Positions 21,837 through 35,592 of a stretch of DNA of 64,000 bases are shown in pieces. A program made the translations under genes and the position numbers. How positions within the stretch are numbered: position 1 is the first letter of the stretch; the number at the start of each line of letters is the position of its first letter. The stretch comes from Anthoceros angustus (taxonomy: Eukaryota > Plantae > Anthocerotophyta): assembly GCA_010909165.1 (NCBI GenBank), contig VJWM01000204.1:279232-343231 (forward strand), given 5' to 3'. The notes beneath the pieces are model-generated. The model was not told the DNA's origin. It worked only from the letters and a program-made list of their open reading frames with translations, and searched no databases.

Positions 21837-24800
21837 CCAACTCCCCCTTTCTCACATCCCCCAACCACTCCATTCGCAGGGCCCTTAAATTAAGATACCT
21901 TCGCCTCACCTGGTCCCCTCTTTCCCTTTCCCCCCTCTCACTTCTAGACTCCGCTTTTACAAAGACGAGCTCCAGTTAATCCTCCTCCGTAAATTTTCAC
22001 CGCCTGCCACCTCGCCTTTCCTTCAAACTCCGACACTCATAGGTCAATTTCGTGTTAGCTCCCACCACCTCCCGGATTGAGACCGACTGGCTGCCGTGTG
22101 GAGGTGGATTCGTGTCCGGGGACACCGTGAGGTCCACATTCGCCTCAATGTCAAGTAGGCTTAGGATTCGCTCCCAAGGGAATGGTTTGTGCCAAGAGAC
22201 GCTAACTTCTATCGCCATCGACCTTCACCTAAGTCAAGACTTACTTGCTATTACTCCTCTTACCTATCTACTCAACCACTACTACCCCCCGACTTGTCTA
22301 GCTACCACAGCTCTTATTCCACGACCGCAAATCTTATTCCACGACGGTGGCTCTCCGGGTAGTTGCTTCGACCACCGAGGTGGGTCCCACACCCAAACCC
22401 TAGCGACTTATTTCCGGCGCGCGGATCTCGCCACGGCCCATCACAGGCACGGATCCGCTTTATTCTCGACTCCACACTTCATGCACACACACACACCGAT
22501 TCCTAGGGACCTAAATTCCACAAATCCCTCACCGCTCCACACACACACAAAGGCGCCACACATTATTAACTACAAGGGAACGTTCTCAGACTTTCCACCA
22601 GCAAGACCGATTTGGTTTCTTTTGATTCACAAATCTCCACCGCTAGCCTCTCAATTAGTTCCCTTCTCAACCCCTCTCACACCTCGCATCGTCTGATTGT
22701 TAGTCACTCCTTCACCCAATCTTCTCCTCTCTCTCTCTCCCTCAAGCTTGAGCTTCAATCCACTCAACACTTCTCTCAATTGAACACAACTAGGGGACAA
22801 GTGTGAAGGAAAGAAGAACCCCAGGCGTCACGCGTTACGAGCAAGCTCCGGACCCGCGCCAATCCCTTGGTTTCCTCCTCCTTTGTCAGCAAGATTGCTT
22901 TATCACCCCTCCTCCCCCAGCTGCGGAGCAAGCTCTCGACCACCCCTAGGAGCGTCTCGCGCACACCACCTCTGTCAATCGGACGTCTCCAACCAGCCAC
23001 AGGCAGCGTGGGGATCTCAACGGGAATTATCGGCGTGAGGGACCTAATTCGCCCCTCTTATACATCGGTGGGGCACCACCCCCGGATTTTAGGTCCTAAG
23101 ATGGCTATCGCGAAGGGCCCCACTGGTCGGGCGATCCTAGGTCGGTCTGACATCCTAACCAAATTATCTTTAGGTTGCTACCACCTCGACCTCTTCTCTG
23201 CGCGCCCTACCTCGACTTGGCGGCCTCGTCCTCCATTGCCGCCGCCACGAGCTCTCACCTTGCACGCTGGTCGGACGGGTTCTCCCACACTACTTCCACC
23301 TCACCACCGCTGGACGCCCGAATTTGAGGTGTACCACGCAGGGCTTCGCATCTTCGGCCTATTCGAGGATTATTCGGCTCCTCGTCCACCCAAGCTGGAC
23401 CTCCTCCTCGCTCAACTCCTCCAAAGTCGCCTCCGTGATAATAGGGAGCCAACCCCACACCGGGTGGTAGAAGTATGCACGGGTCCTCACTTGCGATAGG
23501 TAGGCCACGATCCCTCCTATTTCCACACGCACATGGGCGGTGAGGTTAAGCACGCGTTCTCCATTCACATATAGACCGGGCACATAAGTTTCCTCATCCA
23601 TGTGCCGTAATATAATAGGACCCCTGCTGCGGTGAGGTGCTTACCCCCTCCTCCGTAGGCTACACAGTTGCACAGCCTATGTCCTCGCGAGGCGCCACGT
23701 CGCACATCGCCCGCCCCCACCTTGGGTTGGTTGCGCCAATGTCGGTGGCGGTTTCGACTACGGTAGTGGACTCCACGGCCGTCGTTCGACAACGCGGTAG
23801 GTGAGGTTTCGCCACCTCGCCGCCTTCCGCCGGTAGGTCCTTCCGCTACTCGATCGTGGTCACGCTACCCCTTCCCCTTCCCTTTGTCTTTTCTCGCCCG
23901 CCACGTGCCTCATCCCGCCTCATATATCGCCTCCGCTAGCTTATGGGCCTTTTCCAGGCCGCTTCACGCTCTGGGCTCGCAACAACTCCCCAGCATCTCT
24001 GGTTCGTCTCGTGGGCATCCTTAATTTGAGCCATGAGTGCTTCCTGCGCTCGTCATGGCTTGCAACTTCTCACAGGCCTGCACAAATCTTCTTGAATCTT
24101 GGCCCTTATTTCCTCTAGGTTCCGCTTGTCTTCCTCCGGTTGCTTGCGCTTGGCCTCCTTCACAAACCCGGCCTTCACCACTTCCTCCGCCGCCCCGCAC
24201 ATCGAGCCGTGAGAGCTAAAGCCGCTTGATCCAACAACCTTGGGCCCGGATCATCGACGTGGTCACCGCAAGTCCACTTGTTGTGGCCCGGCCGACGCCA
24301 TCCCTCCGTCGAGAACTTTCCTCCCCAGGTGCGCACCCTCACCAATTCGGTTGCATCCACCTCTGTTGCGGTGGAGTCCCCTTGAAAATCTCTTCCCATG
24401 CCGAGGAGGGTCCGCCTCGAGGTCGCCCTAAACCCTCCGGAGTTGATTCATCATCCGCATCCGTGTCAAAAATTGTCCTCGGATCGCGCCTCCTCTTCGC
24501 CACCTCAACCGCCGCTTTCATTTTCAGAGCGCCTGCTGACTGGTGACGCATCCGCCTCACCTTTTCGATGCCCGCCTTCACCCCGGTCTTCCTCCTTTTC
24601 TTTGGTGGGAATTTCCTTCTCCTCCTCCGAAGCCTGCCGCCACCGACTCCCGCTATCCGATTTTTCCTCCTTGGGCTCCTCCGCCTTCCATTTCACCTCC
24701 CTAACCGGCTTCCACATGTGGAGGGAGGCTACAATCTCCACCTCAGCGGGGCAGTTAGCGTAAACATAAAGATGGACGAAATGGTGAGATTAGAGAGGGA

Positions 24801-25964
24801 GGCGAGAGAAATCAAGTTCAACCTCTCTTCACACAACTTGTCAAGAGAATTCGCCTCAATCGATCTTCGCCCTTGACCACTTCATGAAGGAGCGGCGGCA
24901 AGTGGTCGGACAAATAATCACACTTCTTGTCTGCGAAACATAGGAGCCACTGGCGGACCCATCAAGCTGCGTTGCCAAATCCCTCGTCAACCGGCCGTTG
25001 GGTTCAGTCGCCCGCTTTAACGGGCTGCTGCTTCTTGCCGTGCTTCTTTTCTGGGCGGCTCCATCACCAACCGCCGCCTCCTCCTTGGGCTCCTCCGCCC
25101 ATACACCCTCTAACGACTCCGGTCCCAATCCTGCGGCCGCTCTAAATCCCCTTTGGTGTCCTTGGGTGGCGCACACTCCTGCACAGTCCAGTTTGTAATT
25201 CCACCGCTCTTCCATGAAACCCGGCTTGACTCCTTCACGACTCCCAGCTCGAACTTTCCAATGATCCATGTTCGGCCATTGGGCAAGCACAATTTGGTGG
25301 TGACCTTGGGCGCCATCCCTCTCACGGTCTTCCCGGTCTCGCGCCAGCGCCACCTCGCTGCGAATTTCACGGAGTCGGTCTCGGGGTTCCTACCTCCTCG
25401 GCAAGGGCGCGCTGTCATCGCGCCTTCCTCCTCTGCGTCGCGCCTCGCGATGTCGGCGGGTTGAGCTCCTTCCCGTCGTTGCGCCTCGCGCCTCCTGCGA
25501 TCACGGTGCCCCGGACCACGGCTCCTCGACTTATCGCCGTCGTCGCTCCGCTCGCTCCCGTCCGGCCGCCGTTGCGCTCCGTTGTTTGAGCAGGATTCAT
25601 CATTCCTAGGGTTAAGTTTCCCGGGTTCCCCTACTCTGTTAAACCTCTGCTTCCACATCCCAATCCACAACCCCACACTCATTCGCTCGCGTCGGTCGAC
25701 CCCAACTTATAGACCTATCACTCTAATTATTCCAAACCCCCTATCTCACATATATAGACTTTTTAGGGAACATTCCGAGTCCATGGGCCAAGGAACACCA
25801 AATTCCGGACCATTTATTTTCTAACTTAAAAATCAAAACAAGAAAAGAATCCATAGGCCAAGGGCATTTCTTCTATAAATACCGCCTACTACCAACCCGA
25901 CTTATTTTCACACCACGGATCCCAAAAACAAAACACTTCCCGCACGTCCGCTGGATCCGCGCCA

Positions 25965-26100
25965 CCGCCGGTGGGCCTACGATAGGTGGTGCGTGGAGGA
26001 GGGCGCCGGCCGGCGCACAGACTGTCGCGCCCCACCCGTCGGTGGGCCTACGATAGGTGGTGCGTGGAGGGCGCCGGCCGGCGCACTCTGTGGCGCTCAC
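25965..26100. repeat. GC-rich ~70-bp tandem duplication within the insertion
   Basis: CGGTGGGCCTACGATAGGTGGTGCGTGGAGG..GCGCCGGCCGGCGCAC occurs twice. Confidence 0.8.
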
Positions 26101-26853
26101 CGTCCATACTGGTGGTGGTGCGAGGGCGGTGCCGCCGGCCGCGCCATCCTCCGCGCACCACCCGAAACCCCGACAGTGGTGCGCGGATAGGAGGGCGCCG
26201 CCGCCGCCTCCTCCGCGTGCCCATTGTGGCCCTCCCTTCCACGCACCCCCTGTACGTGGCACTTCCATCGAAAATTCAGTAAGCTAACCTTATGAGCAAC
26301 CTTGGAATGAAGGCTAACCTTAGAAGCAAATGCCGTGTGAAATCGAGCCAGCATTTGGTCGGTCGAGTGTAGAGGGTACTCCTCCCGGAAACATCTGTAT
26401 GCGGTGGACAAAAAAGCGATAAGGGATAAGCTCATGAGTTGCGTGGCTTAATACAACTCCGCGAGTCAAAGTGCATCAAGATAATGATGACAATGGAGGA
26501 GAAGCTGGACCAAGTGATGATTTAAGGATTGAACTCGGGATGAGTGAAACTCAATCGTTTTTTTTCCGGGTCCCGAGTTAATGTTGTAAGTCAAGGTTGA
26601 TGTTATCGTGTTAGGGAAATACCGTCTGTGGCTTTTGTGGTGTCATAATAAAACCACATTTTCCTCCCAAAGCGAGTTTTACTAGTCCCTTCCCGGCAGA
26701 ACGGCTTTCTCGCCGCTCCTACTTTGCATTATTCCCGAGGTTCGAGCCATGACCACCATTCGGCTACAAACATTGCCGGATGGAAAGTAGTAACTTTATC
26801 GGTGACACCCTTTTTTCGAGTCGTTGCAATGCCTTCAAAACGCTGTTTTAGGG

Positions 26854-26918
26854 CCCCCTTCAGAGATTATTTGCGGAAAACCCCCTTCGAGATTATTCAC
26901 CCCCTTCAAAAATTATCA
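26854..26918. repeat. Three short subterminal repeats at the right end of the insertion
   Basis: CCCCCTTCAGAGATTATT, CCCCCTTCGAGATTATT, CCCCCTTCAAAAATTAT. Confidence 0.65.
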
Positions 26919-27076
26919 TGTTTGTTGTTTTGATGTTCCGTGTTCCAACTCTTAGTACAACGAGTAAGATGGTCCGTTTTCCTTTGAGGAATATTAAAGT
27001 ATCTTCGTAAGGACTCTCTACAGTTCTACTCCCAATTGAGGTGGGTGCTAGAGTTGATTAGCTTAAAATGCTCGAC

Positions 27077-27190
27077 GTTGTTGGGGCTATCTCCTCTTCA
27101 TGTCGACATGGGCTCAACGTTGTTGAGGCTATCTGCTCTTCATGTCGACATGCGCTTAGTGTTGTTGGGGCTATCTGCTCTTCATGTCGA
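27077..27190. repeat. 3 x 42-bp tandem repeat containing palindrome CATGTCGACATG
   Basis: Units start at 27077, 27119 and 27161: GTTGTTG(G/A)GGCTATCT(G)CTCTTCATGTCGAC. Confidence 0.85.
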
Positions 27191-28041
27191 GTGCATTGTT
27201 TTGATATTCCAATGTTCCAACTCTTAGTACAATTTGTAAGGTGGTCTATTTTCCTTGAGAATCTTCAAAAGTACCTTTAGTACGGACTCTCTATATTTCT
27301 ACTCCTTATTTCCCTATTCAGGTGGGTACTAGACCTTGATTAGCTTAAAATATAACGAGCGTCCAGATTCTTAATTGATTCACCATAACAGATGGGTGAT
27401 GGATTTGCAGTCCAAACGGCTAAGAATAAATGGACACACATTTATTCATAAGAACCTAGTTGTTAAGACCTTGTGCGCTCCCATTGGTACTTTGGGTAGT
27501 TAGAAAAAGTGGATGCCCTACTATAGTACCTTGGCACACCATATAGTACAAGTTGTGCGAAGGACCAAGTTGCATGATACCAAAATTCCATCCACTGAAC
27601 TATAATAAGTAGAAAGCTTGACTTGAAAGCATTCAGAGTAGTTACTGCGCTGGTTGCTTTAGACTTGTTTCTCGTCCAAGCTACATAGCTACATAATGTG
27701 CTAAAGGACGTGTGATGACTCGTTTCTCTGCAATAGCAAAGGTCAGAGTTACAATTAGACCCAGCAAGTATCTTCTGCGAAGCTTCGTCTTCCATTTCCT
27801 GGGGCTATCCCTCTGTGCACAGACCTGCAGACACGAACATGGTTGCAACTTCCACACCAGCGCGCTTGGCAGCAATAAAGAGAGACTACCTCCTCGCCTG
27901 CCTTCATCATCTCCACCCATCAACATCGTGCTTGCAAACTTGTAGCTGCGGTCGGTTGCGTTCTCCCGTGAACGGCCCCCGTTCCCCCTCTTGCCCATAT
28001 ATACGAGCTCGTCACCCAGCGATACGTCTCATTGATCAGCA

Positions 28042-28723
28042 ATGGCGGGTGTGTCCAAGACAATCCAGTTTGTGGGTGCTGTGGCTGCGATCGCAGGGCT
28101 GGTGCTCGCCATTGCAGTCAGTGCCAGCGACCCCGACCCCCTGCAGGACTTCTGCGTCGCCGATTTGTCCAAGGGAGCGACCATCAACGGCTACCCCTGC
28201 AGGCCGGCCGACAACGTGACAGCAGAAGATTTCGCCTTCGCTAACCTGGGCAAGCAGGCCGACCTCACGGGCAACCCATTGAACGGCACCGCCACTTTCG
28301 GCTTCGTGGGCGACTGGCCTGCTCTCAACACGCTGGGCCTGTCGCTGGCGCGCCTGGACCTGGCGCCGGGTGGTGTCATTATGCCCCACACCCACAACCT
28401 GGCCACCGAGATTCTTTTCTGCCTCGAAGGGAGATCTACACCGGCTTCGTCACCAACAGCAACAAGCTGTACGCCAAGGTGGTGAAGAGGGCGAGGCCTT
28501 CATCTTCCCCAGAGGCTTGCTCCACTTCCAGCTCAATGTGGGCAAGACTCACGCCGCCAGCCTCAATGTGCTCAACGGCCAGAACCCGGGCATCCAGCTC
28601 ATGCCACTCTCGCTGTTCGGGTCAGGAATCAAAACAGAGCTGCTGGCCAAGTCCTTCTTCATCAGCGGAAAGGAGGTGGAGCAATTGCACTCCATCTTCG
28701 CCCAGTTTGTGGATTCCTCCTAA
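28042..28723 (+). CDS. GLP: Germin-like protein GLP5 (A-type promoter); small indels
   Basis: ORF 28042-28485 gives [26 protein letters not shown]; the C-terminus is in 28370-28723. Confidence 0.92.
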
Positions 28724-29441
28724 CTTTACCGCACATCGTTTCTAAAACTGTCCAGTAGTCCCTGCAGGCTTAGGGCCTGCCAGTACTGCTAGTCCATCGT
28801 CCTGAGTACTCATACATTATGTCCATGTCGTCGACGATGAATTTACATAGCTATGTACTGGCAGTTTCTGGCTTCAGAAACTTGTGAATAGACTGGGTAC
28901 CACATCGATCTGGGCTGATCACCTTTCAAGTAATGTTGGACGACTGGAATGCGTTTCACACATGTGACTGGAATTCGAGGACTAGAATCCGTTTCTCACC
29001 ATCAGGGCAACAAAATGTGTATGGCTAACAGTCATCTGGTGGAATAACGCTATTCCAGAGGACGATCTTGAGAAACACAGCTATGCAGATGGGTCATGGT
29101 GACCTACAACCTGGTGTTTGATTCATTCCTTTACGCTTCCAGATCTCTCAGAAATCAATACAGAAAGACGGTACACCAAAGACATGGTTGTAGACAGAAG
29201 TTGAGATAACGCAAACAGCTCTCTAGTTGAACTTACGTTTGAAGACAAAAGTGAGCTACCTAGCTAGCCATTGAGCTTGCTACATCTTTGCTGCAGCTTG
29301 CTCTTCAAAAGTGGGACGCTTTGGCTTTGGAGAAAGCTTCTCTCACAACCCATTCCCCCAAAACCGACTTGTAAACATCCAAACTTAGAAGACAGGAAGA
29401 TGAAAGCAACGAGCAAACGGTTGGGGATAGAGTAGCCTCAC

Positions 29442-30527
29442 CGGTTTCTCATCTTGCGTCAGGTTTGAGTGTGCAACAGCTTCCAGTTCCCCTCTTCGGA
29501 CACGGATAACTCGATAGGTGAAAGCATCCAGGTACGAGCGGCTTTTGGGCAAGGTAGCTTCTTCACCGAGATGTAATCTGCGTTTCAGTTTCCACAGTGG
29601 GTCCACGAATCGATCGCTGCAATTTCCGCTCGCTTGTTCAAATGCCCGAGCAAAGGGACATCCGGCAAATGAGGTGACAGGCTTCCACATCCACCCCAAA
29701 GGCAACTTTACAGATGGAATCCAGGGTCAGCCAGGGTCAGGCGCAAGAACCTTAGGTCCTGGACACAATGAAGTCAAAACCTGAAGGTTGAACCCTGACT
29801 CAGCCAAACGGCAAAATCCCTTTCAGTGCAGACAATCGGTGAGCATGTGGGTCCCCTGCATCTCGAGAGATTTGTGGTCGAAGCAAGCGCAGGTGACCAA
29901 AGAGGCAAGAGCGAGCGCATCGCTTCGGTGCACAACTGAGCTGAAATCACGAAGGACCTTGGATGAAAACTCGAAGCTGGCTGTCTTCCGTTGCTTCTTC
30001 CACATCTCCCCATCCGTATTGAAGATGCCATCTCCCAGCAAAGGTTCCATCATCGTGTGGAAGGCTTCCCGGGAAGGCCCTTGCATTGTAGTAGTGCCCC
30101 TGCCCATATGATGTTTTCATTGCCTATACAACGTAACGCACATACATGTTGAGTAGTCCCTCACAGCTGTTGCTGGCAGGTGGTGTGTAGCTTGGGGTAG
30201 TTGGGAAGTTGGTCTTGAGAATATGCTCACAGACGGCGGGATCAGCTGTAAACAGGTAGGTCTGGCCTCCCACGCGGGCTGAGAAGGTGAGGCTAGTTCC
30301 GGTGACCATGTAGTCTGTAACCCAGTCATACATCCTCTCAAAGTTGTAGTACATCTCAAACATTGAGCCAAAATGGGCCAACACTTGGGACCTGATGGCA
30401 TCGATCCATCCTGCCGCCGCCTTTGCACGACAACCCACAGGATGGTGCAGAAGAGAAGCAACAGGGCACTCAAAAACGCCACCCAGATCCCGGTTTGATC
30501 AGTCCTCCCTGCATTGTCGACTTCCAT
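29442..30527 (-). pseudogene. CYP704: CYP704-like N-terminal half, mirror copy
   Basis: Same exons as 9080-10166. Has MEPLLGDG and EEATL where the left copy has MEPLPGDG and EESTL. Confidence 0.85.
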
Positions 30528-31454
30528 GTTGCAGACCTTCTCGTGACACAAACCAGCTCAGTTATCCCTCGGCAGCAGCCCAATTCATCCCTCGAATGCA
30601 GACCAACTACCCGGAGCTGCAGCTTAAGTATCCCAGGGGCTCCAGTTCAACTCCTGCAGCTCACTTCTCACCTTCCTAAGTTCCTAGCTCATCACCATCG
30701 CTGACCACGGTTGACGTCAGCATTCGGAATCTCTCTTTCATTATCTCTTTATATGTTCCATCTTTCGACGTCTTCCTACAAGTAGAGATCTGTGTCCTTC
30801 CCTGGACAGCAAATCGTGTCCATTATTGCTCTTTACGGTCCCTTTTGCAGAAATTAAGCTAAGTTGCCAACCACTTGACCAGGCCTGCCAACAAGGACAC
30901 AGCTCCTGGCCACTCCAACTACACATGGTGCAGTGCCACACAACAGGCCCCACTTCGCAGACTGCATCCATACATATGGATGCGACATACATACATATAT
31001 GATGCGACATGCTCCAGCCGGCACCGGAGCAGCAGTGGAGACCAGGTGCTTCCTCCATGCCTTGCGAGACAGGACCGAGTCCGGAATAAGAGCACCATAA
31101 CCTGCTCACACCTGGTCTCGGAAGATTGCACAGCTCTCAGTTTGGTCGACTGCAGGCAATTCAAATATCCATGCATGTAAGTAATTATGATGTACTAATG
31201 GAACAAAAGATCCACGCGTGTTCTTGATTGAATCTCCAGCTACCTAACCTTCACGAGATGCTGCAAGTCCCTTGCGTTATTTCACCTGATGACTGTAAGC
31301 CACGCACATTTTGTTGCTCTGATGGTGAGAATCTCATGTGTAGTACGCATTCTTGAAGTTGTCGAACATTTTTCTTGAAGGTGAAACAAGTATCTGCCCA
31401 GGTCAGTTTATTCGACACAAGTTTCTGAAACCAGAAACTGGCAGTACATAGCTA

Positions 31455-31650
31455 TGTATACTGAGCATTCATGATGACATTGACATCATGTACGAGAACT
31501 GTGGGAGCATGGTTCATGCACAGCCGGTGCTTGATGCGTTGCCTCAAACAGATGTCGTCACCTGGCGTGCACTGATTGCTGGTTACAGCTGTCAAGGAGA
31601 GAGTAGTGCAGTGGTCTGTAAATTGCTTCGGAGCCGATGGCATGCGGCCA
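31455..31650 (+). pseudogene. Degenerate PPR motif remnant, mirror copy
   Basis: ORF 31488: MYENCGSMVHAQPVLDALPQTDVVTWRALIAGYS. Confidence 0.75.
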
Positions 31651-31782
31651 GTCAACATTACATTTCTCAGGGTACTACAGGTATTCTGAAGCCAGCAACT
31701 CCGGTACATAGCTATGAATTTCGGCAGGCCCTAAGCCTGCAGGGTCTACCCTGGACAGTTTCCGAAACGATGTGCGGTAAAG

Positions 31783-32451
31783 TTAGGAGGAATCCACAAA
31801 TTGGGCGAAGATGGAGTGCAATTGCTCCACCTCCTTTCCGCTGATGAAGAAAGACTTGGCCAGCAGCTCCGTCTTGATTCCTGACCCGAACAGCGAGATG
31901 GCATGAGCTGGAGGCCCGGGTTCTGGCTGTTGAGCACATTGAGGCTGGCGGCGTGCGTTGTGCCCACATTGAGCTGGAAGTGGAGCAAGCCTCTGGGAAG
32001 ATGAAGGCCTCGCCCTTCTTCACCACCTTGGCGTACAGATTGGAGACGAAGCCCGTGTAAATCTCCCTTCGAGGCAGAAAAGAATCTCGGTGGCCAGGTT
32101 GTGGGTGTGGGGCATAACGACACCGCCCGGCGCCAGGTCCAGGCGCGCCAGCGACAGACCCAGCGTGTTGAGAGCAGGCCAGTCGCTCACGAAGCCGGGA
32201 GTGGCGGTGGCGTTCAATGGGTTGCTCGTGAGGTCGGCCGGTTGCCCAGTTTAGCGAAGGCGAAATCTTCTGCTGTCACGCTGTCGGCCGGCCTGCAGGG
32301 TAGCCGTTGATGGTCGCTCCTTGGACAAATCGGCCACGCAGAAGTCCTGGAGAGGGTCGGAATCGCTGGCAGTGACCGCAATCGCAAGCAACAGCCCTGC
32401 GATCGCAGTCACAGCACCCACAAACTGGGTTGTCTTGGCTAAAGAGGCCAT
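31783..32451 (-). CDS. GLP: Germin-like protein GLP6 (mirror of GLP2, B-type); several indels
   Basis: MASLAKTTQF.. germin motifs spread across frames; a ~12-nt gap near 32040. Confidence 0.8.
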
Positions 32452-34518
32452 CGTGGAAGTGGACTGCAGCAGTGCAGGGACCTTGAGTTGCAAGTTGCTC
32501 TGATTCTTGAGAAGGATATTGGGACAAGCGCAATTCGCAAGCTGGGATACCTGAATCAACGGCAGGAGGATATGGACGAAAACAGACGAGGGGCGTTGCT
32601 TTTACGGGCTTACCGCAGAGCGCAGCTTGAGGTGCAAGCGATGAGGAGAAACATTCCTCGCAACGCGGTGAGCAGGTCTGAGGTGATGCCGTACGACACT
32701 GGAGATGTCTAGACTGCAGCTGCCCAGCAAGCGTAAACGTGGAGTATACATGGGAACTAAAGTGCTGCTCACTTGGAATCGGGAATCAGGAAGGATACTC
32801 GGCTGCAAAACCCCCCTGCAGGATCTGAGAGCCCAGAGGAAGATGGTCGTTGGAAGTTGAAGAAGAAAATGCCTAGAAGCTGCGCGCTGAACTTCCTGCC
32901 TGCTGGGGCTGCTCATCTGGAGACTGGAATTCCGAAACAACAGTTCTATGCCAGCGTCAAACATTAAATCTAAGTTAAATCTATAATTTTATACTTTCTC
33001 AGGCGTAACTGATTGCACAATGTCTTGCTTGAGTGAGACCTGGAATCCTGCTCTTCATGTCGACATGCTCTCCACGTTGTTTTGATGTTCCATGTTCCAT
33101 TTCTTAGTACACCTAGTAAGACGGTCCATTTTCCTTGAGGAATATCAGAGTACCTACCTTCCGTAAGGACTCTCTACATTTCTACTGCCCGTTCCTTTGG
33201 TAAGGACTCTCTACATTTCTACTCCCGATTGAGGTGGGTGCTAGACCTTGATGAGCTTGAAATGTTACAAGTGTCCACATTCTTAAGCGATTCACCATAA
33301 CTGATGGGCGATGGATTTGCAGTCCAAATGGCTTAGAATAAATGGACACACATTTATTTGTAAGAACGTGGTTGTTAAGAGCATCTACCCATCCCATTGG
33401 TACTTGGGTGGTTAGAAGAAGTGGATGCCCGACTCTTAGTAGCTTGGGCACACCATGGTACAAGTTGTGAAGACCAAGTCGCATGATTGAAAATTCCATA
33501 GTAAGTAGAAAGCTTGAAAAGCACCAAGTCCCAATTTAATAATTCATAATAGTCACTCCATGCGCTGGTTGCTTTAGACTTGTTTCTCGTCAAGGTACAT
33601 AGCTACATAGCTTATTGTGCGGGTACATGGATGGCCGCCAAGTTGAGGTACTCTTTTGATTTTTGATTTTTCAAAACTATGATATTGAAAAACTGTGCCA
33701 CCTAATATATGCTCCAGTTGGTGAGTTCAAAATATGGGTAAAAATACATGTATGGAGTGATATGTATTATCAAAGACTTGTTTTGAATAGCTTCATCGTC
33801 TCATCTGGGGTTAAGCATCTTGTACTTTCATCGAATATTTATATGGGCTGCCTAGAGGGAGTGGATGCCCTTGGTGTTAGTAGCTTAGGCACACCATGGT
33901 ACAAATTGCCATGTACCCAAGTGCCATGATAGGAAAAATTTCATCCAAGTGGCTTATGATAGACTTCTTGGTGCTAGTAGTAGCTTAGGCACACCATGGT
34001 TCAAGTACCCAAGTGCCATGACGAAAATTCGTCGTTAGTGGACCTAAACAAAATTCTTCTTCTTCTTTTCTTCTAAGTGGAAAGCTTGAAAAGCACGAAA
34101 TCGTAAATTATGAATAGGTAGTCAATCACTGCACCGGTTCCTTTAGTCTTCTTCCGTACAGGCTACATACTGTGCTAAGGAACGTGTCGTGTGATGACTC
34201 GTCTCTCCAATCGCAAATGTCACGCGCAACAATTAGACCCACAAAGCATCTTCTGAGCAGCTTGCCTTCCATTCCTCGGACCATTCCTCTGTGCACAGAC
34301 CAGACCTGCAGGCACGAACATGGTTGCAACTTCCACACCAGCGAGCTTGGCAGCAATAAAGAGAGGCTGCCTCCCAGTCTGTCTTCATTATCTCCACCCA
34401 TCAACATCGAGCTTGCAAACTTGTAGCTGCGGTCGGTTGCTTTCTCCAGTGAACAGCCCTCGTTCCCTCACTTGCCCATACGAGCTCATCACCCATCCAT
34501 ACGTCTCATTGATCAGCA

Positions 34519-35193
34519 ATGGCGGCTGTGTCCAAGACAATCCAGTTTGTGGGTGCTGTGGCCGCGATCGCAGGGCTGTTGCTTGCGATTGCGGTCACTG
34601 CCAGCGATCCCGACCCTCTGCAGGACTTCTGCGTCGCCGATTTGTCCAAGGAGCGACCATCAACGGCTACCCCTGCAGGCCGGCGGACAACGTGACAGCA
34701 GAAGATTTCGCCTTCGCTAAACTGGGCAAGCCGACCTCACGGGCAACCCATTGAACGCCACCGCCACTCCCGGCTTCGTGAGCGACTGGCCTGCTCTCAA
34801 CACGCTGGGTCTGTCGCTGGCGCGCCTGGACCTGGCGCCGGGCGGTGTCGTTATGCCCCACACCCACAACCTGGCCACCGAGATTCTTTTCTGCCTCGAA
34901 GGAGATTTACACCGGCTTCGTCTCCAACAGCAACAAGCTGTACGCCAAGGTGGTGAAGAAGGGCGAGGCCTTCATCTTCCCAGAGGCTTGCTCCACTTCC
35001 AGCTCAATGTGGGCACAACGCACGCCGCCAGCCTCAATGTGCTCAACAGCCAGAACCCGGGCCTCCAGCTTATGCCACTCTCGCTGTTCGGGTCAGGAAT
35101 CAAAACAGAGCTGCTGGCCAAGTCCTTCTTCATCAGCGGAAGGAGGTGGAGCAATTGCACTCCATCTTCGCCCAATTTGTGGATTCCTCCTAA
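34519..35193 (+). CDS. GLP: Germin-like protein GLP7 (mirror of GLP1, A-type); homopolymer indels
   Basis: [24 protein letters not shown]. Confidence 0.85.
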
Positions 35194-35592
35194 CTTTACC
35201 GCACATCGTTTCTGAAACTGTCCAGTAGTCCCTGGAGGCTAAGGGCCCGCCAGCAGGCGTACTCATTCATTATGTCCATGTCATCGACGATGAATTTACA
35301 TAGCTATACTGGCAGTTTCTGGCTTCAGAAACTTGTGAATAGACTGGGTACCACATCAATCTGGGCTGATGCCTGGTTCACCTTTGAAGTAAAGTGTTCG
35401 ACGACTGAAATGCGTACTATGCACACACGTTCATTCTCACCATCGAAGCAACAAAACGAGTGTGATCTGGTGCGGCGCCGAGATACCCACAGAAAATTTG
35501 TTGGAAGGTGGTGACATGGATTTTCATCTTAGAAAGATGGGTGGTGCGAATGAATAATGAATGGGGGATGAGTTAGAGATGTTGGCACATGC

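Larger units (their letters stand above)
14209..26923 (-). mobile_element. 12.7-kb composite insertion (degenerate non-LTR/ORF1-like element, ~5.7 kb, with nested copia) flanked by an 11-bp TSD
   Basis: GTTGTTTTGAT occurs at 14198-14208 and 26924-26934; the empty site has one copy (e.g. 39725-39735). A T13 run lies at the left end. Decayed ORF1-like pieces on minus (MAIEVSVSWHKPFPWERIL ~22218). No RT recognised outside the copia. Confidence 0.7.
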
